Position numbers and translations under genes: made by a program. A model generated the notes under the pieces. It searched no databases and had not been told where the DNA came from. It worked only from the letters and a program-made list of their open reading frames with translations. 64,000 bases of DNA from a bacterium (GTDB lineage Bacteria > Electryoneota > JAOADG01), in the NCBI GenBank assembly GCA_963681965.1, contig OY820579.1, positions 1,088,001-1,152,000 on the forward strand, read 5' to 3'. Positions 1 to 10,277 of this stretch are shown in pieces; position 1 is the first letter of the stretch, and every line of letters begins with the position of its first letter.

Positions 1-107
1 AGTCTCCGACTATGCAATCATCAACAGCCTTTTACAAACACTTGATTATTTATGAGATTTCATATACATTGATTTTACAATAAACAATCCTCATGATAAG
101 GTGATAA

Positions 108-728
108 ATGACAAATACTGATCAAAACGCTCCTAACAGTCCTCTTCGGCAAGAGTATACATGCGAACGGAACTTATATATCCAACTTATGAGTGAGCAG
201 TCCAAACTATTTGATAATTCCATTTTAACAATATCCTCAGCAGCCATCGGTATTGGTTTTCTCCTAATTAAAGATCTCCAATTCCGAAGCTCGATGTGGC
301 TTATTTGGGTTAGTTTAGTACTCTTTGTTGTGTGCATAATACTAGTACTTTATTCTTTCCAAACAAGTCAATCTTGGTTGAGCCAACGAATTAACAATCT
401 TGATAGGAGACTAGAGAATGATAAAGAACTGCCAGAAAGTGAAGGCATTACAGATCTATTGAATAAAATATGTTGGAGAATATTTATTATAGCCGTTTTG
501 CTGGAATGCTTTTTTGTTTACGTAAACGTAGGAGAGAAAATGTCGAATGAACCAAAGCCCGAATCGATATCTAAGGTTATATCAAATGATCTTAATCGAG
601 GGCTACCACAATTTCCAAAACAGGTTCCACCCAGTCCTTCTACAACCACTACCGCAACTACCACTACACCAACACAAAACACGAACTCCCCTTCGAGTTC
701 TCCACAGGGAGATACACCCAAGAAATAA
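108..728 (+). CDS. Hypothetical membrane protein (about 3 TM helices) with Pro/Ser/Thr-rich C-terminal tail
   Basis: 206-aa ORF, three hydrophobic segments, AT-rich, low-complexity tail PPSPSTTTTATTTTP; no family recognised. Confidence 0.65.
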   Translation: MTNTDQNAPNSPLRQEYTCERNLYIQLMSEQSKLFDNSILTISSAAIGIGFLLIKDLQFRSSMWLIWVSLVLFVVCIILVLYSFQTSQSWLSQRINNLDRRLENDKELPESEGITDLLNKICWRIFIIAVLLECFFVYVNVGEKMSNEPKPESISKVISNDLNRGLPQFPKQVPPSPSTTTTATTTTPTQNTNSPSSSPQGDTPKK

Positions 729-768
729 TCATAGTTAACTGAATTTCTAACTCCACTTCTAAAACAGA

Positions 769-793
769 ACTACCCGTGAAAATCACGGGTAGT
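769..793. terminator. Hairpin between convergent genes (likely terminator)
   Basis: Perfect 11-bp stem ACTACCCGTGA-aaa-TCACGGGTAGT. Confidence 0.65.
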
Positions 794-818
794 ATTGTAA
801 AAGTGTCCGGAGGTTGAA

Positions 819-1157
819 TTAGAACCGTCGTCCACCACCGCCGCCGCCGCCGAAGCCGCCGCCGCCGCCAGGACGACGATGTCCGCCGCCACTGCCGCCA
901 CCACGAGGTGCTTCACTACGCGGGCGTGCTTCGTTGACGATCAACGAGCGACCCATGTGCTCTGCGCCATTCATATCTCGGATTGCATTAATTGCTTCCG
1001 TCTTACCCGGCATTTCCACGAACCCGAAACCACGGGATTCGCCACTATACCGATCCTTTACTACTGTAGCCGAACTGACGGTTCCGAATGGCTCAAAGGC
1101 CGCTCGTAAATCGTCATCCGTCGCGCTGTGCGACAGATTCCCAACATAAATATTAAT
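819..1157 (-). CDS. RRM (RNP-1) RNA-binding protein with Gly-rich tail; probable ATT start
   Basis: RNP-2 IYVGNL, RNP-1 RGFGFVEM, VNEARP and GGR tail; SD AAGGAG 6 nt before ATT at 1157. Confidence 0.92.
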   Translation of the reverse strand: MNIYVGNLSHSATDDDLRAAFEPFGTVSSATVVKDRYSGESRGFGFVEMPGKTEAINAIRDMNGAEHMGRSLIVNEARPRSEAPRGGGSGGGHRRPGGGGGFGGGGGGGRRF

Positions 1158-1320
1158 ATCGATCTCCTTTATCGATTCAATCCGCTCACCGTTGAGCGGC
1201 GATAAAGCAAGGTACAATGATTTTCATCGATTCCAAATTGTAACTCAAAAGAACAATTTTCGCCTCCGATTGGAGTAGAACATTGTGATCAATTCACAGT
1301 TTTGTGAAGTTTGTCACGAT

Positions 1321-1617
1321 TTAGGCGTTCACCCAAACGGCTAAAAGGGGCTGAAACTTGACCGGATTGAACTCTACAATCCGATGAAATGCCACATTTT
1401 GAATAGCATACGGATCATTTTTGAAGTAATCCTCGATTTGCTCGAAGTTTTGTGATCTTCCGATCACAATTCCGCCGTCACGAGGGTTCTTTGGTCCGGA
1501 ACAGAGCAGAATCCCCTTTTGATAACCAATATCCAAAAAAGCACGATGTTCGGCGATAACTGGTTCAACTTCATCGAATGGAACAGTAAACGTTATTTCA
1601 ATCAGAAAGTGTTTCAT
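1321..1617 (-). CDS. YciI family protein
   Basis: 98 aa, HRAFL...SGPKNPRDGG...DPY pattern. Confidence 0.85.
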   Translation of the reverse strand: MKHFLIEITFTVPFDEVEPVIAEHRAFLDIGYQKGILLCSGPKNPRDGGIVIGRSQNFEQIEDYFKNDPYAIQNVAFHRIVEFNPVKFQPLLAVWVNA

Positions 1618-1629
1618 TGGGTTCTCCCG

Positions 1630-1654
1630 AAAAAAGGCGCGATTAAACGCGCCT
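1630..1654 (-). terminator. Rho-independent terminator
   Basis: Minus strand AGGCGCG-tttaat-CGCGCCT followed by T-run. Confidence 0.7.
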
Positions 1655-1685
1655 GAATAAAACTATCAACATTTTTTTTGAGTAT

Positions 1686-2522
1686 TTACCACTTGATGTC
1701 CTCGGCATAACTGAGCGCGACCGATCGATCTGGACTCGAGATGCCGTTCCGATTGCCCAATACATCCTTGCATTCGAACTGGATATAAATCTTATTAATA
1801 GCCCAACGTAATCCCAAATTCAAATATCCTTTACCGCGTCCGAGTGAGACAAACTGACCATTGTTTTTCTTGTTATCGTCGAGTGCGGCATTGTATTCAA
1901 CCAATGCAATCAACTCTTCGTTCAACGAGATATCGGCACCGAGTGATCCGGTCAAACCGCGATCGTCATTGGTTTCGACGCTGTTCCAGTTGACTGTGGC
2001 ATGTATTCCAAAATTACGATCGGTACCAAATTTGAAGTTCTTCGATGCCGCGATAAACAGTCCGGGTGCCTTGTATTCGTAACGACTCAAAGAATCGCTC
2101 CAGCGACCGCTTCCCTGATTGTCGTACCCCAATGCGAAGGCAGGTAGAGGTTCGGTTTCTTCCCAGATCCGATACTTTACCAAGACGCCGGGTTGCTTGT
2201 TACCGGTGATTTTACCGCGTCCAACGACATTCGTCCCGCCGTAGGATAAACCGAACATGGTTCGGCGAAAGAGACCGATACCCATGTGGAGTTGAATACC
2301 ACCTTCGGGATACACTCGCAGATCGGTATTGAATTCCGAGCGGTGATTGAGTCCCGCAGTTGGCATGTCGATCACCCGCAGTGGTTCGCGTTGCGCCGCT
2401 TCCGGGGCTTGAGCAAAGGCAGGGATCGTGACCATGAAAGCAGTGGCGAGAATTATCCAAAAGAAATAAACGGATCGAATTGGCGATAGTCCGATCGCAA
2501 GGTTCCGATTCGAAGCAGTCAT
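1686..2522 (-). CDS. Outer-membrane beta-barrel protein, YjbH-like
   Basis: Signal peptide, IDMPTAG motif, alternating amphipathic strands, C-terminal aromatic residue. Confidence 0.7.
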   Translation of the reverse strand: MTASNRNLAIGLSPIRSVYFFWIILATAFMVTIPAFAQAPEAAQREPLRVIDMPTAGLNHRSEFNTDLRVYPEGGIQLHMGIGLFRRTMFGLSYGGTNVVGRGKITGNKQPGVLVKYRIWEETEPLPAFALGYDNQGSGRWSDSLSRYEYKAPGLFIAASKNFKFGTDRNFGIHATVNWNSVETNDDRGLTGSLGADISLNEELIALVEYNAALDDNKKNNGQFVSLGRGKGYLNLGLRWAINKIYIQFECKDVLGNRNGISSPDRSVALSYAEDIKW

Positions 2523-2693
2523 CCCGTCTCCTGTGATTAGAATAGAAAAAGCTACGGATTTCGCAGAGAGCTGTCAAGAGCAGATCGTTCGTTTTTTTGT
2601 GAAAATCAGGCTTTCTGGTCAATATTTGAGATTGAACCTGCTCCTTACTACTTTGTTGGGGAGAGCTAACCAGAGGAAAGTTGCGGAGTCATC

Positions 2694-3473
2694 ATGATTT
2701 CTTTGAAAGACAAGATCGTATTTATCACCGGCGCCTCGGCGGGTATCGGAGAAAGCTGTGCTCGGGTATTTGCCCGTGAAGGGGCGAAACTACTGCTTAC
2801 CGCCCGTCGAATCGAACGATTGAAGAAACTCGAACCCGAGTTGCTCGCACTCGGAGCAACCGCGGTTCATTCCTTTGCGCTTGATGTTCGAAATTGGAAC
2901 AGTGTTTCAAAAGTACTCGATGGACTCCCGGAAGCATGGCGATCGATCGACATCCTCTTGAACAATGCCGGACTATCACGCGGTCTTGACAAAATCCACG
3001 AAGGAGATCTACAAGATTGGGAAGAGATGATCGACACCAATATTAAAGGTCTTTTGTATGTGACGCGTAAAATAACTCCGGGAATGGTGGAGCGTGGTTC
3101 CGGACATGTTATTCATATTGGCAGTATCTCCGGTACGGAAGTATATCCCGGTGGGAACGTCTATTGCGCGACAAAATTCGGTGTCCGAGCCCTGACGATG
3201 GGTATGCGCGTCGACCTGCTTGGTACCGGTGTCCGGGTCAGCAGTGTCGATCCCGGTCTGGTCGAAACTGAGTTTGCCACCGTTCGCTATCATGGCGATA
3301 CCGCTCGCGCGAAAACAACCTATAATGGAATGATCCCGCTGAATGGTGACGATGTCGCCGAAACTGTACTATTTGTCGCAACACGCCCGCCACATGTCAA
3401 CATCAACTTCTTGAATGTCATGCCTACCGATCAAGCTGGCGTCGCATTCGTTTATCGTGGACGGAGCGCATAG
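2694..3473 (+). CDS. SDR family oxidoreductase (YdfG-like)
   Basis: TGASAGIG, NNAG, YCATK catalytic motif. Confidence 0.92.
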   Translation: MISLKDKIVFITGASAGIGESCARVFAREGAKLLLTARRIERLKKLEPELLALGATAVHSFALDVRNWNSVSKVLDGLPEAWRSIDILLNNAGLSRGLDKIHEGDLQDWEEMIDTNIKGLLYVTRKITPGMVERGSGHVIHIGSISGTEVYPGGNVYCATKFGVRALTMGMRVDLLGTGVRVSSVDPGLVETEFATVRYHGDTARAKTTYNGMIPLNGDDVAETVLFVATRPPHVNINFLNVMPTDQAGVAFVYRGRSA

Positions 3474-3477
3474 CAGA

Positions 3478-5343
3478 ATGCCAACCTACGACCAGGAACT
3501 CGTTGATCGGATTCTGGCTGCCACCGACATTGTGGCGCTAGTCGGCTCGGTCGTACCGTTGACCAAACGGAGCGGGGATAACCTGTTCGGTCGCTGTCCA
3601 TTCCATAAAGAAAAAACCGCATCGTTTTCGGTAAATCGACGCAAGCAAATTTTCCACTGTTTCGGTTGCGGTGTCGGTGGCGATGCCATCGGTTGGTTGA
3701 TGCGGTATGAGAAAATCAACTTTCCCGAAGCGGTACGTCGTCTTGCCGAACAAGCCAAGATTGATCTCCCGCGTTACCGACCTAGCGGCGAAGACTCGCT
3801 CAACGAATCCCTATTTCGGCTTCATGAGGTTGCTCAGAAATTATTTTTAGAGCGACTTCGCGATTCCTCCAACACCAAAGCACAATCGGCGATGGATTAT
3901 TTACTCGGACGGGGACTGACCCCGGAGACCATCGATAGCTGTGGAATCGGACTTGCGCCGGATAGTTGGGATACTTTTGCGCTGCTGGCAATGCGGGAAG
4001 GATTTCGGATCGAGCAACTGTTGGGATCGGGTTTGTGCGGCAGGAACGATTCCGGCAATGTCTACGATCGGTTTCGAGATCGCATCACTTTCCCAATCCA
4101 GAATCTCTCGAATCGCATTGTCGGATTTGGCGCTCGTGTTCTTCCCGGAAAAGACGACGGCGCGAAATATCTTAACTCGCCCGAGACTGCAATCTACAAG
4201 AAGAGTGAAATCCTCTACGGTCTTCCATGGGCGCGAGATGAAATTCGGAAGCAGGATTCAGTCATTGTCGTCGAAGGGTATCTCGATCTGATTTCATTGC
4301 ATCAATTCGGAGTACAGAATGTTGTCGCAACCAGTGGAACCGCTCTGACCAACCGCCAAGCACGTCTCCTTCACCGCTTCTCGCCGAAAGTATTTTTAGT
4401 GTACGATGGCGACGAAGCCGGACGGCGAGCTTCGTTGCGCGGTGGTGACGTAATGATTGCCGAAGGACTCGATGTACATGTCGCCTTTCTTCCTGAAGGT
4501 GAGGATCCCGATACTTACGTTCAGAAATTCGGTGCCGAAGCATTTCATGGGTTACTGCTTCAAGGACAGGGATGGTTGGAGCATCAGTATGCTCACTTTG
4601 TGAGACTCGGAGCACTCAACTCACCTTCCGATACGGTTGCCGCTTTGCGAGAATTGATTCGGGTGTTGCGCGAGATGTCCGACTCGACGATTCAAAATTT
4701 CTGGGTGAAAAGAATCGCACAGCGGTTTCAGATCGCTGAATCGGTCGTGCGTCACGAATTGTCTCGCGGAACAATTGCTACCCGAAACGATGATGATGAG
4801 ACCGTCGATACACAGACTGAATGGAATGAAGACGAAGCGCAAATCATCGCATTTCTAGTAAAGTATCGCGAAACTCCGGAAGATTTCGAGTATCATAAAC
4901 GGATTCACCGCTGGCTAAAACCGGATATCTTCACAACACCTCCACTACGAGCGCTGTACGACTTGTTCGTTCGCAAATGGCTTGAAGAAAACGAATTCCC
5001 CGAGATCAGCGATTTAATAGCAACAGCGAAACTATTTCCCCAGCTTGAGGATTGGGTCAATTCGGTGCTGATGCAGAAGCTTTCGAAGATTCCCCATCAA
5101 CCAAACCCCTCGGTTATCGATGAAATCGACTTTTTTGAACACGATTTGGCAATGACCGAGGAAAAGATCCGTGTGCTGATGGTCCCGGTTTACGAGCGTC
5201 AAATTGAAGAGATTGAGTTTAAAATTGTGCGAGCATCGCAACAGGAATTACCAGAACTATTCCAATCGAAACATCAAGTGAACCGGATTATTAAACAACT
5301 TCAAAAAACAGGATTTTTGGCTATCTCGACCTCGGATCTTTAA
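3478..5343 (+). CDS. dnaG: DNA primase
   Basis: CHC2 zinc finger CPFH...CFGC, KYLNSPET, TOPRIM EGYLD and DGDEAG; start at MPTYD rather than 3415. Confidence 0.96.
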   Translation: MPTYDQELVDRILAATDIVALVGSVVPLTKRSGDNLFGRCPFHKEKTASFSVNRRKQIFHCFGCGVGGDAIGWLMRYEKINFPEAVRRLAEQAKIDLPRYRPSGEDSLNESLFRLHEVAQKLFLERLRDSSNTKAQSAMDYLLGRGLTPETIDSCGIGLAPDSWDTFALLAMREGFRIEQLLGSGLCGRNDSGNVYDRFRDRITFPIQNLSNRIVGFGARVLPGKDDGAKYLNSPETAIYKKSEILYGLPWARDEIRKQDSVIVVEGYLDLISLHQFGVQNVVATSGTALTNRQARLLHRFSPKVFLVYDGDEAGRRASLRGGDVMIAEGLDVHVAFLPEGEDPDTYVQKFGAEAFHGLLLQGQGWLEHQYAHFVRLGALNSPSDTVAALRELIRVLREMSDSTIQNFWVKRIAQRFQIAESVVRHELSRGTIATRNDDDETVDTQTEWNEDEAQIIAFLVKYRETPEDFEYHKRIHRWLKPDIFTTPPLRALYDLFVRKWLEENEFPEISDLIATAKLFPQLEDWVNSVLMQKLSKIPHQPNPSVIDEIDFFEHDLAMTEEKIRVLMVPVYERQIEEIEFKIVRASQQELPELFQSKHQVNRIIKQLQKTGFLAISTSDL

Positions 5344-5373
5344 TCCTACCTCTTCCTATCGTATTTTCTTCTG

Positions 5374-7839
5374 ATGCACTCACTCGACACCAACTGCGCT
5401 CATTGCGGGCGACCGGTTCCCCAAAATCTACTGGGAACGTTCAACCCCAAGCAGGCAAATCATTCGCCCGATTCGACGCGACTGGAATTTTGTTGCTCCG
5501 GTTGCGCAACCGTCTACGCCATTTTACATGAATGCAATTTGGATGATTACTACCGATTACGAGCTGAATTGAGCGATTCCAATCCTCAACCGGCAAAAGT
5601 TTCGGACAAGGATTATCGCGGATACGATGATCCAATATTTCTCGATCAAACCGCTCGTAAATTAGCGGGTGGATTACTGGAAGTTGAATTGTATGTCGAA
5701 GGGACTCATTGTATCGCATGTGCGTGGTTGATCGAAAAGATTTTGGTCGAACGTGCCGGGGCAATTACCGCACGCCTTGACCTTGGTCGAAGTGTCGTTT
5801 CCCTAACATTCGATCCGGTGAAAACACCGTTAAGTCATCTTGCACGGCAACTTGACCGTATCGGTTACCCGCCGCATCCCCTCTTCGATACTGCTCAGAA
5901 AGGATTGCTGAAATCCGAGCGGACGCTTTTGACCCGAATTGGCGTTGCCGCTGCTGGCGCGGGAAACATCATGCTGTTGGCATTCGCTTTGTATGCCGGC
6001 GAGTATTCGGGAATGGAGCAGCAGTATACTTCACTATTTCGCTGGGTTAGTTTAGTACTGACCCTTCCGGTACTGTTATACTCGGCTTTTCCTTTTTATC
6101 AAGGTGCTTACCACAGTATTCGCAATCGAGTGGCAGCCATCGATCTGCCGATCGCACTCGGTATAACGATTAGTTTTCTTGCTAGTACCATTGCGACGAT
6201 CTTTCACCGTTCCGAAGTCTACTTTGATAGTATCACCAGCCTGATTTTCTTATTGCTGGTTGGAAGGTTTGTGTTGGCACGAGCCAATCGGTGGGCAAAT
6301 GAAGCGAGTGTGTCGCTGTTGGGAAATGTCCCGAAGTTGGTGCGAGTGCTTCGCGGGGAAAGCGAGATTGAGCTACCCATACAAGAATTGACAACCGGAG
6401 AGATTATTCTTCTGAAACCGGGTGATGTTGTTCCGGTCGATGGAATTGTTCTGGATCACCCAGCAACAGTTTCCGAAGCTTCGTTGACGGGTGAAGCAAC
6501 AATTCAATGGAAGCAACCTGGAACTATAATATACGCGGCTAATCAGGTTGTCGAGCGATCGCTGAAACTCCGCACCGAAGCTGTTGGCGTAGCGACACGA
6601 CTCGGACGCCTGACTGAGATGATGCGTGCGGCAAAATCCGACCGTGCGCCGATGACGATTATGACCGACCGTATCGCTGGATGGTTTGTGATCGGTGTTA
6701 TCGCGCTAGCGATTGTAACGATCGCAATATGGTGGCATATCGATCCGATGAAGGCACTCTGGTTTACGACAGCCATGATGGTAGTTACTTGCCCTTGTGC
6801 GTTGGGTATTGCGGTTCCTGCCACCTATGCGTCGGCAATCGGTTTTGCCGCGAAACATGGGATTTACATCCGCGGTGCCAGTGTTCTGGAAAAAGCCGCT
6901 TCAGTAAATACAATTCTGCTCGATAAGACCGGTACACTGACGATGGGTGAGCCCGTACTTCGAGAAATTGAAATGATCGCAAACGTGTCGAGCAACATCG
7001 ACCGCGAAATGCTGTTACGAAAAATTTCGGCAGTAGAACGACAGTCGAATCATCATTACCGGAAATCGTTGCTCCGGGATGATGATCGCGAGTTTACAAT
7101 CGACGATTTTATTCAAGTTCCCGGTGCTGGAATTTCAGGTCGGATCACAGCAAATGGAATTGTTGAACGAATCACGATCGGAACCGAGCAATATGTTACC
7201 GGTATCATTTCGACACCGGAACCTCACGCAAAACATCTCGATTCTACACCAATTTGGGTTGCAATTGATAGTACTGCGGTTGCCAAAATATGGCTTCACG
7301 ATCCTATCCGTCCTGAAGCTAAGACCGTGATTGAAGAATTGAAGTCGCTCGGCATGAAATTGGAAATTGTTTCGGGCGACGCATTCGAACCGGTATCATC
7401 GGTGGCAAAAAGTCTGGAGATTTCGAATTTCTTTAGTCGAATGACACCCGAAGCAAAATTGGAACATGTAGCCAACATGTCGAAGACTGCTCATGCATGT
7501 GTATTGATGGTTGGCGATGGTGTAAATGATGCGGCTGCACTGGGTATTGTCGATGTCGGTATTAGTCCCGCCGGTAGTGCTGAAGTGACTCGCGAAGCCG
7601 CTGCGGTGTTTCTTGTGAATCCCGGTATCGAACCGGTGGTATCATTACTTCGACTTGCACGACGAACTTCAAATCGAATTCGGTTGAATTTAGCGATTGC
7701 CTTCTTGTATAATATTCTAGGAGCAATTCTTGCAATTACTGGACACGTAACACCACTAGTCGCAGCGGTTCTAATGCCAATAAGTAGCCTGACATCGCTC
7801 TATATTGCAACTCGGAGAGGGTTTTTACAGTGGAAATAA
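5374..7839 (+). CDS. ccoI: P1B-type Cu-translocating ATPase for cbb3 oxidase assembly
   Basis: N-terminal CAHC/CCSGC, HCIAC, TGE, CPC, DKTGT, GDGVND motifs; followed by ccoS. Confidence 0.9.
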   Translation: MHSLDTNCAHCGRPVPQNLLGTFNPKQANHSPDSTRLEFCCSGCATVYAILHECNLDDYYRLRAELSDSNPQPAKVSDKDYRGYDDPIFLDQTARKLAGGLLEVELYVEGTHCIACAWLIEKILVERAGAITARLDLGRSVVSLTFDPVKTPLSHLARQLDRIGYPPHPLFDTAQKGLLKSERTLLTRIGVAAAGAGNIMLLAFALYAGEYSGMEQQYTSLFRWVSLVLTLPVLLYSAFPFYQGAYHSIRNRVAAIDLPIALGITISFLASTIATIFHRSEVYFDSITSLIFLLLVGRFVLARANRWANEASVSLLGNVPKLVRVLRGESEIELPIQELTTGEIILLKPGDVVPVDGIVLDHPATVSEASLTGEATIQWKQPGTIIYAANQVVERSLKLRTEAVGVATRLGRLTEMMRAAKSDRAPMTIMTDRIAGWFVIGVIALAIVTIAIWWHIDPMKALWFTTAMMVVTCPCALGIAVPATYASAIGFAAKHGIYIRGASVLEKAASVNTILLDKTGTLTMGEPVLREIEMIANVSSNIDREMLLRKISAVERQSNHHYRKSLLRDDDREFTIDDFIQVPGAGISGRITANGIVERITIGTEQYVTGIISTPEPHAKHLDSTPIWVAIDSTAVAKIWLHDPIRPEAKTVIEELKSLGMKLEIVSGDAFEPVSSVAKSLEISNFFSRMTPEAKLEHVANMSKTAHACVLMVGDGVNDAAALGIVDVGISPAGSAEVTREAAAVFLVNPGIEPVVSLLRLARRTSNRIRLNLAIAFLYNILGAILAITGHVTPLVAAVLMPISSLTSLYIATRRGFLQWK

Positions 7840-8000
7840 TTTACCTGCTCTTACCACTGTCACTGGGATTGGCATTAGTCGCCGTGGCGGGATTTCTCTG
7901 GGCAAATAAAAACAAGCAATTCGATGATATGGAAACTCCGGCAAAGAGAATCCTGCTTGACGATGAACGTGTTGAACCAAAACCCGAACCGAAACCGTAA
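7830..8000 (+). CDS. ccoS: cbb3-type oxidase assembly protein CcoS (56 aa, not in ORF track)
   Basis: GTG start after GGAGAGG; MEIIYLLLPLSLGLALVAVAGFLWANKNKQFDDMETPAKRILLDD matches the CcoS/FixS pattern. Confidence 0.9.
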   Translation: MEIIYLLLPLSLGLALVAVAGFLWANKNKQFDDMETPAKRILLDDERVEPKPEPKP

Positions 8001-8024
8001 GTTGCCTTTTATGTTTTTCAATGT

Positions 8025-8056
8025 AAAAACCGGAGTGCAATACACTCCGGTTTTTT
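8025..8056. terminator. Bidirectional Rho-independent terminator
   Basis: AAAAACCGGAGTG-caata-CACTCCGGTTTTT between convergent genes. Confidence 0.85.
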
Positions 8057-8082
8057 GTTATCATCTGTAAAAAATCACCGTT

Positions 8083-8937
8083 TCATTTTGTCAACTGCAT
8101 TCTCCGTACTTGCACATCGTGTCCGGATTCCAACCGATAAAAATAGGTTCCCGAGGAAAGCGCGTTTCCATCGAATGTGACAGTATATTCGCCGGCTGGT
8201 TGTTGTCGATCTACCAACGTTTGAATTTTGCGACCGGTCACATCGAAGACTGATAGATTGACGGGTGCGGAATGATGTAACGAGTATGATATTGTCGTCG
8301 TCGGATTGAATGGATTGGGATAATTCGCTGCCAGTCGGAATGAGTGAAGCAGCTCTCCCCGTGGCGAAATTACTGGTGTTTGTCGCATACCGAGGTACTC
8401 GGCAGTATGCATGTCGATAATATGATCTTGATAAATCGTGTCGATTCCGATCGAAGCAACGTAGGACACAATACATAGCCTTCGACTCGGATTCGCAGGA
8501 ACTGCTCCAAAAGTTGCATATGCTACGTAAGTCCTCACATCGAAGTGCGATGATACAAATGCAGTTCCACCATGAGCACTGGCGATCCAAATTGCAGTAT
8601 CGCTATTCACAAACGGAGCAGTCAGGATGTTATACTGCGATGGGAGTCTTTGCGAGAATGGAGTACTCACGACGATGTCGCGGACTTCGTCGCAGAGCGC
8701 TGCAACCAAGGTGAAGTTATTTGAGAATGGAGAGTAGTACACATAATTCCAACCACTACAGCTCCCATCGCTGGAAACCGGACCATTGCTGATGATGTAA
8801 TGAAGTTCATTGGAATTGTCGAGGCTATCGGCGTAATCGCTCACTTGACTAAAACGATCGAATGAATGAACTTGAGCAAACCCTACCGATGCGACAAGAA
8901 GCGAAACGAATATCGCTAAAATTTTTCTATATGACAT
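8083..8937 (-). CDS. Secreted protein with C-terminal T9SS-type/FlgD-Ig sorting domain
   Basis: Signal peptide; C-terminal NYPNPFNPTTTI...LSSGTYFYRL. Confidence 0.85.
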   Translation of the reverse strand: MSYRKILAIFVSLLVASVGFAQVHSFDRFSQVSDYADSLDNSNELHYIISNGPVSSDGSCSGWNYVYYSPFSNNFTLVAALCDEVRDIVVSTPFSQRLPSQYNILTAPFVNSDTAIWIASAHGGTAFVSSHFDVRTYVAYATFGAVPANPSRRLCIVSYVASIGIDTIYQDHIIDMHTAEYLGMRQTPVISPRGELLHSFRLAANYPNPFNPTTTISYSLHHSAPVNLSVFDVTGRKIQTLVDRQQPAGEYTVTFDGNALSSGTYFYRLESGHDVQVRRMQLTK

Positions 8938-9391
8938 ATTGCCTCCAGAGCAACTTGCGTCGAGAATGAATCATCGAATGATAATGTATTCGAATGAATG
9001 GAAAGTCAGTTGTTGTCACTTCCGATCGGTCTTATATCGGTAGGACGCAATGTCGCTGGTTGAAGTTGCAGTAGGGTTTTGGCGAGTTATTTAAAACGAT
9101 ACACAATGTACAGATCTGTATCATTGGGTTGTGTGACGAATAGAAAAGTGTCTGAATTTAGTACACAAATTTCTACGGTATTTACTTTGAAAAAACGAGA
9201 TCAATTCGTGTAGTAATATTATCAAAGATATAACTCGAACTCCGAAGAGGCTTTCAGAGTAGTCCAGTAAAATTGCTCTGTTTTAATCGGGTTAATCGAT
9301 ATCACTCTGGGATAGAATCGGATAGATGTACCGATCTTCGGCAATTGTGAGGAATTGCCGTCAGTGCTAAGGGTGTATTTGCTTGAGCGAT

Positions 9392-9847
9392 TTAGTTGGA
9401 CAATCGTCGCTGACTGATCGATTCCATCATTAGCGCAGTGGTACGATAATGATTGCTCGCAGCAATATCGCCTTTTTTCTGGATCGCACTCGCCAATACC
9501 GAAAATGCTTTCGGTAAGATCGGAACCTGTTCGAGCGAACTCTCAATCACGGTTTCAATACATTGAATCGATTTTTCAATGTCACCCATCGCTAAGTATG
9601 TATTTGCTAACGCGATGCGAATCTCCACTCGTTGAGGTTTTAAAGCGAGAGCTTTTTGATAATTGACAGCCGCTAAATCGAATTGGTGTTTGCGAAAGTA
9701 AATGTTTCCAAGGTGTAAATAGGCAAGTAAATAATCGGGATCGAGGGTCAATGATCGTTGATAAAATTCGATTGCAAGATCAACATCACCATTTGCAACC
9801 GCTTGGTCACCCTTGACCGTATACATTTCGGGCCAGACATGCCACAT
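9392..9847 (-). CDS. Small TPR protein
   Basis: Repeated AxxxYQKALxLxP / AYLHLGNIY TPR signatures; SD AGGAGG upstream. Confidence 0.8.
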   Translation of the reverse strand: MWHVWPEMYTVKGDQAVANGDVDLAIEFYQRSLTLDPDYLLAYLHLGNIYFRKHQFDLAAVNYQKALALKPQRVEIRIALANTYLAMGDIEKSIQCIETVIESSLEQVPILPKAFSVLASAIQKKGDIAASNHYRTTALMMESISQRRLSN

Positions 9848-10277
9848 GATAGCCTCCTGGAATGGTTGTGTCAGTTGTTAATCGAAGTACACTGTTGTAT
9901 GGTTGTCATGATAACGCACGATTGTAATACTCGCAAGTATGTTTTGAAATATTATTGTAAATTCCGTGAAACCAATTTTATTCCTAACTTAGACGATTGT
10001 TTTGTTCTATTATAAACAACGCTTTAAATGTTTTTTATTGTTATGGCTGTTTGGTCAGTTTTATCACTCGCAGCGAGCGAGAGTCGGTTTATTATGGCAC
10101 TTACGTAAATATGTAAGAGGGGATTAGAGAGCTGAAAATCAAAGAAATCAAATTTCTTGTCTTTTCAGTTCTTGTGTCGTAAGTAACGCTATATATTTAA
10201 CAATTCAGTAACAATTGCTTCAATTGCACTACATCTTCGGACAATAACCCGTTTGAGAATCTGATTCGGAGTTCGGT

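Noticed and set aside
3415-3477. N-terminal extensions in the ORF track (dnaG 3415, 27359, 31156, atpE 42653, RAYT 50250, HicB 50791, atpD 51134)
   Set aside because: Downstream starts fit SD sites or family N-termini better; several extensions run through neighbouring genes or REPs.
8938-9391. 450-nt intergenic gap as a possible ncRNA or tRNA
   Set aside because: No cloverleaf, strong stem or recognisable RNA motif; probably promoter or spacer DNA.
9848-10277. FNR/anaerobox upstream of ccoN
   Set aside because: No convincing TTGAT-N4-ATCAA found by eye.
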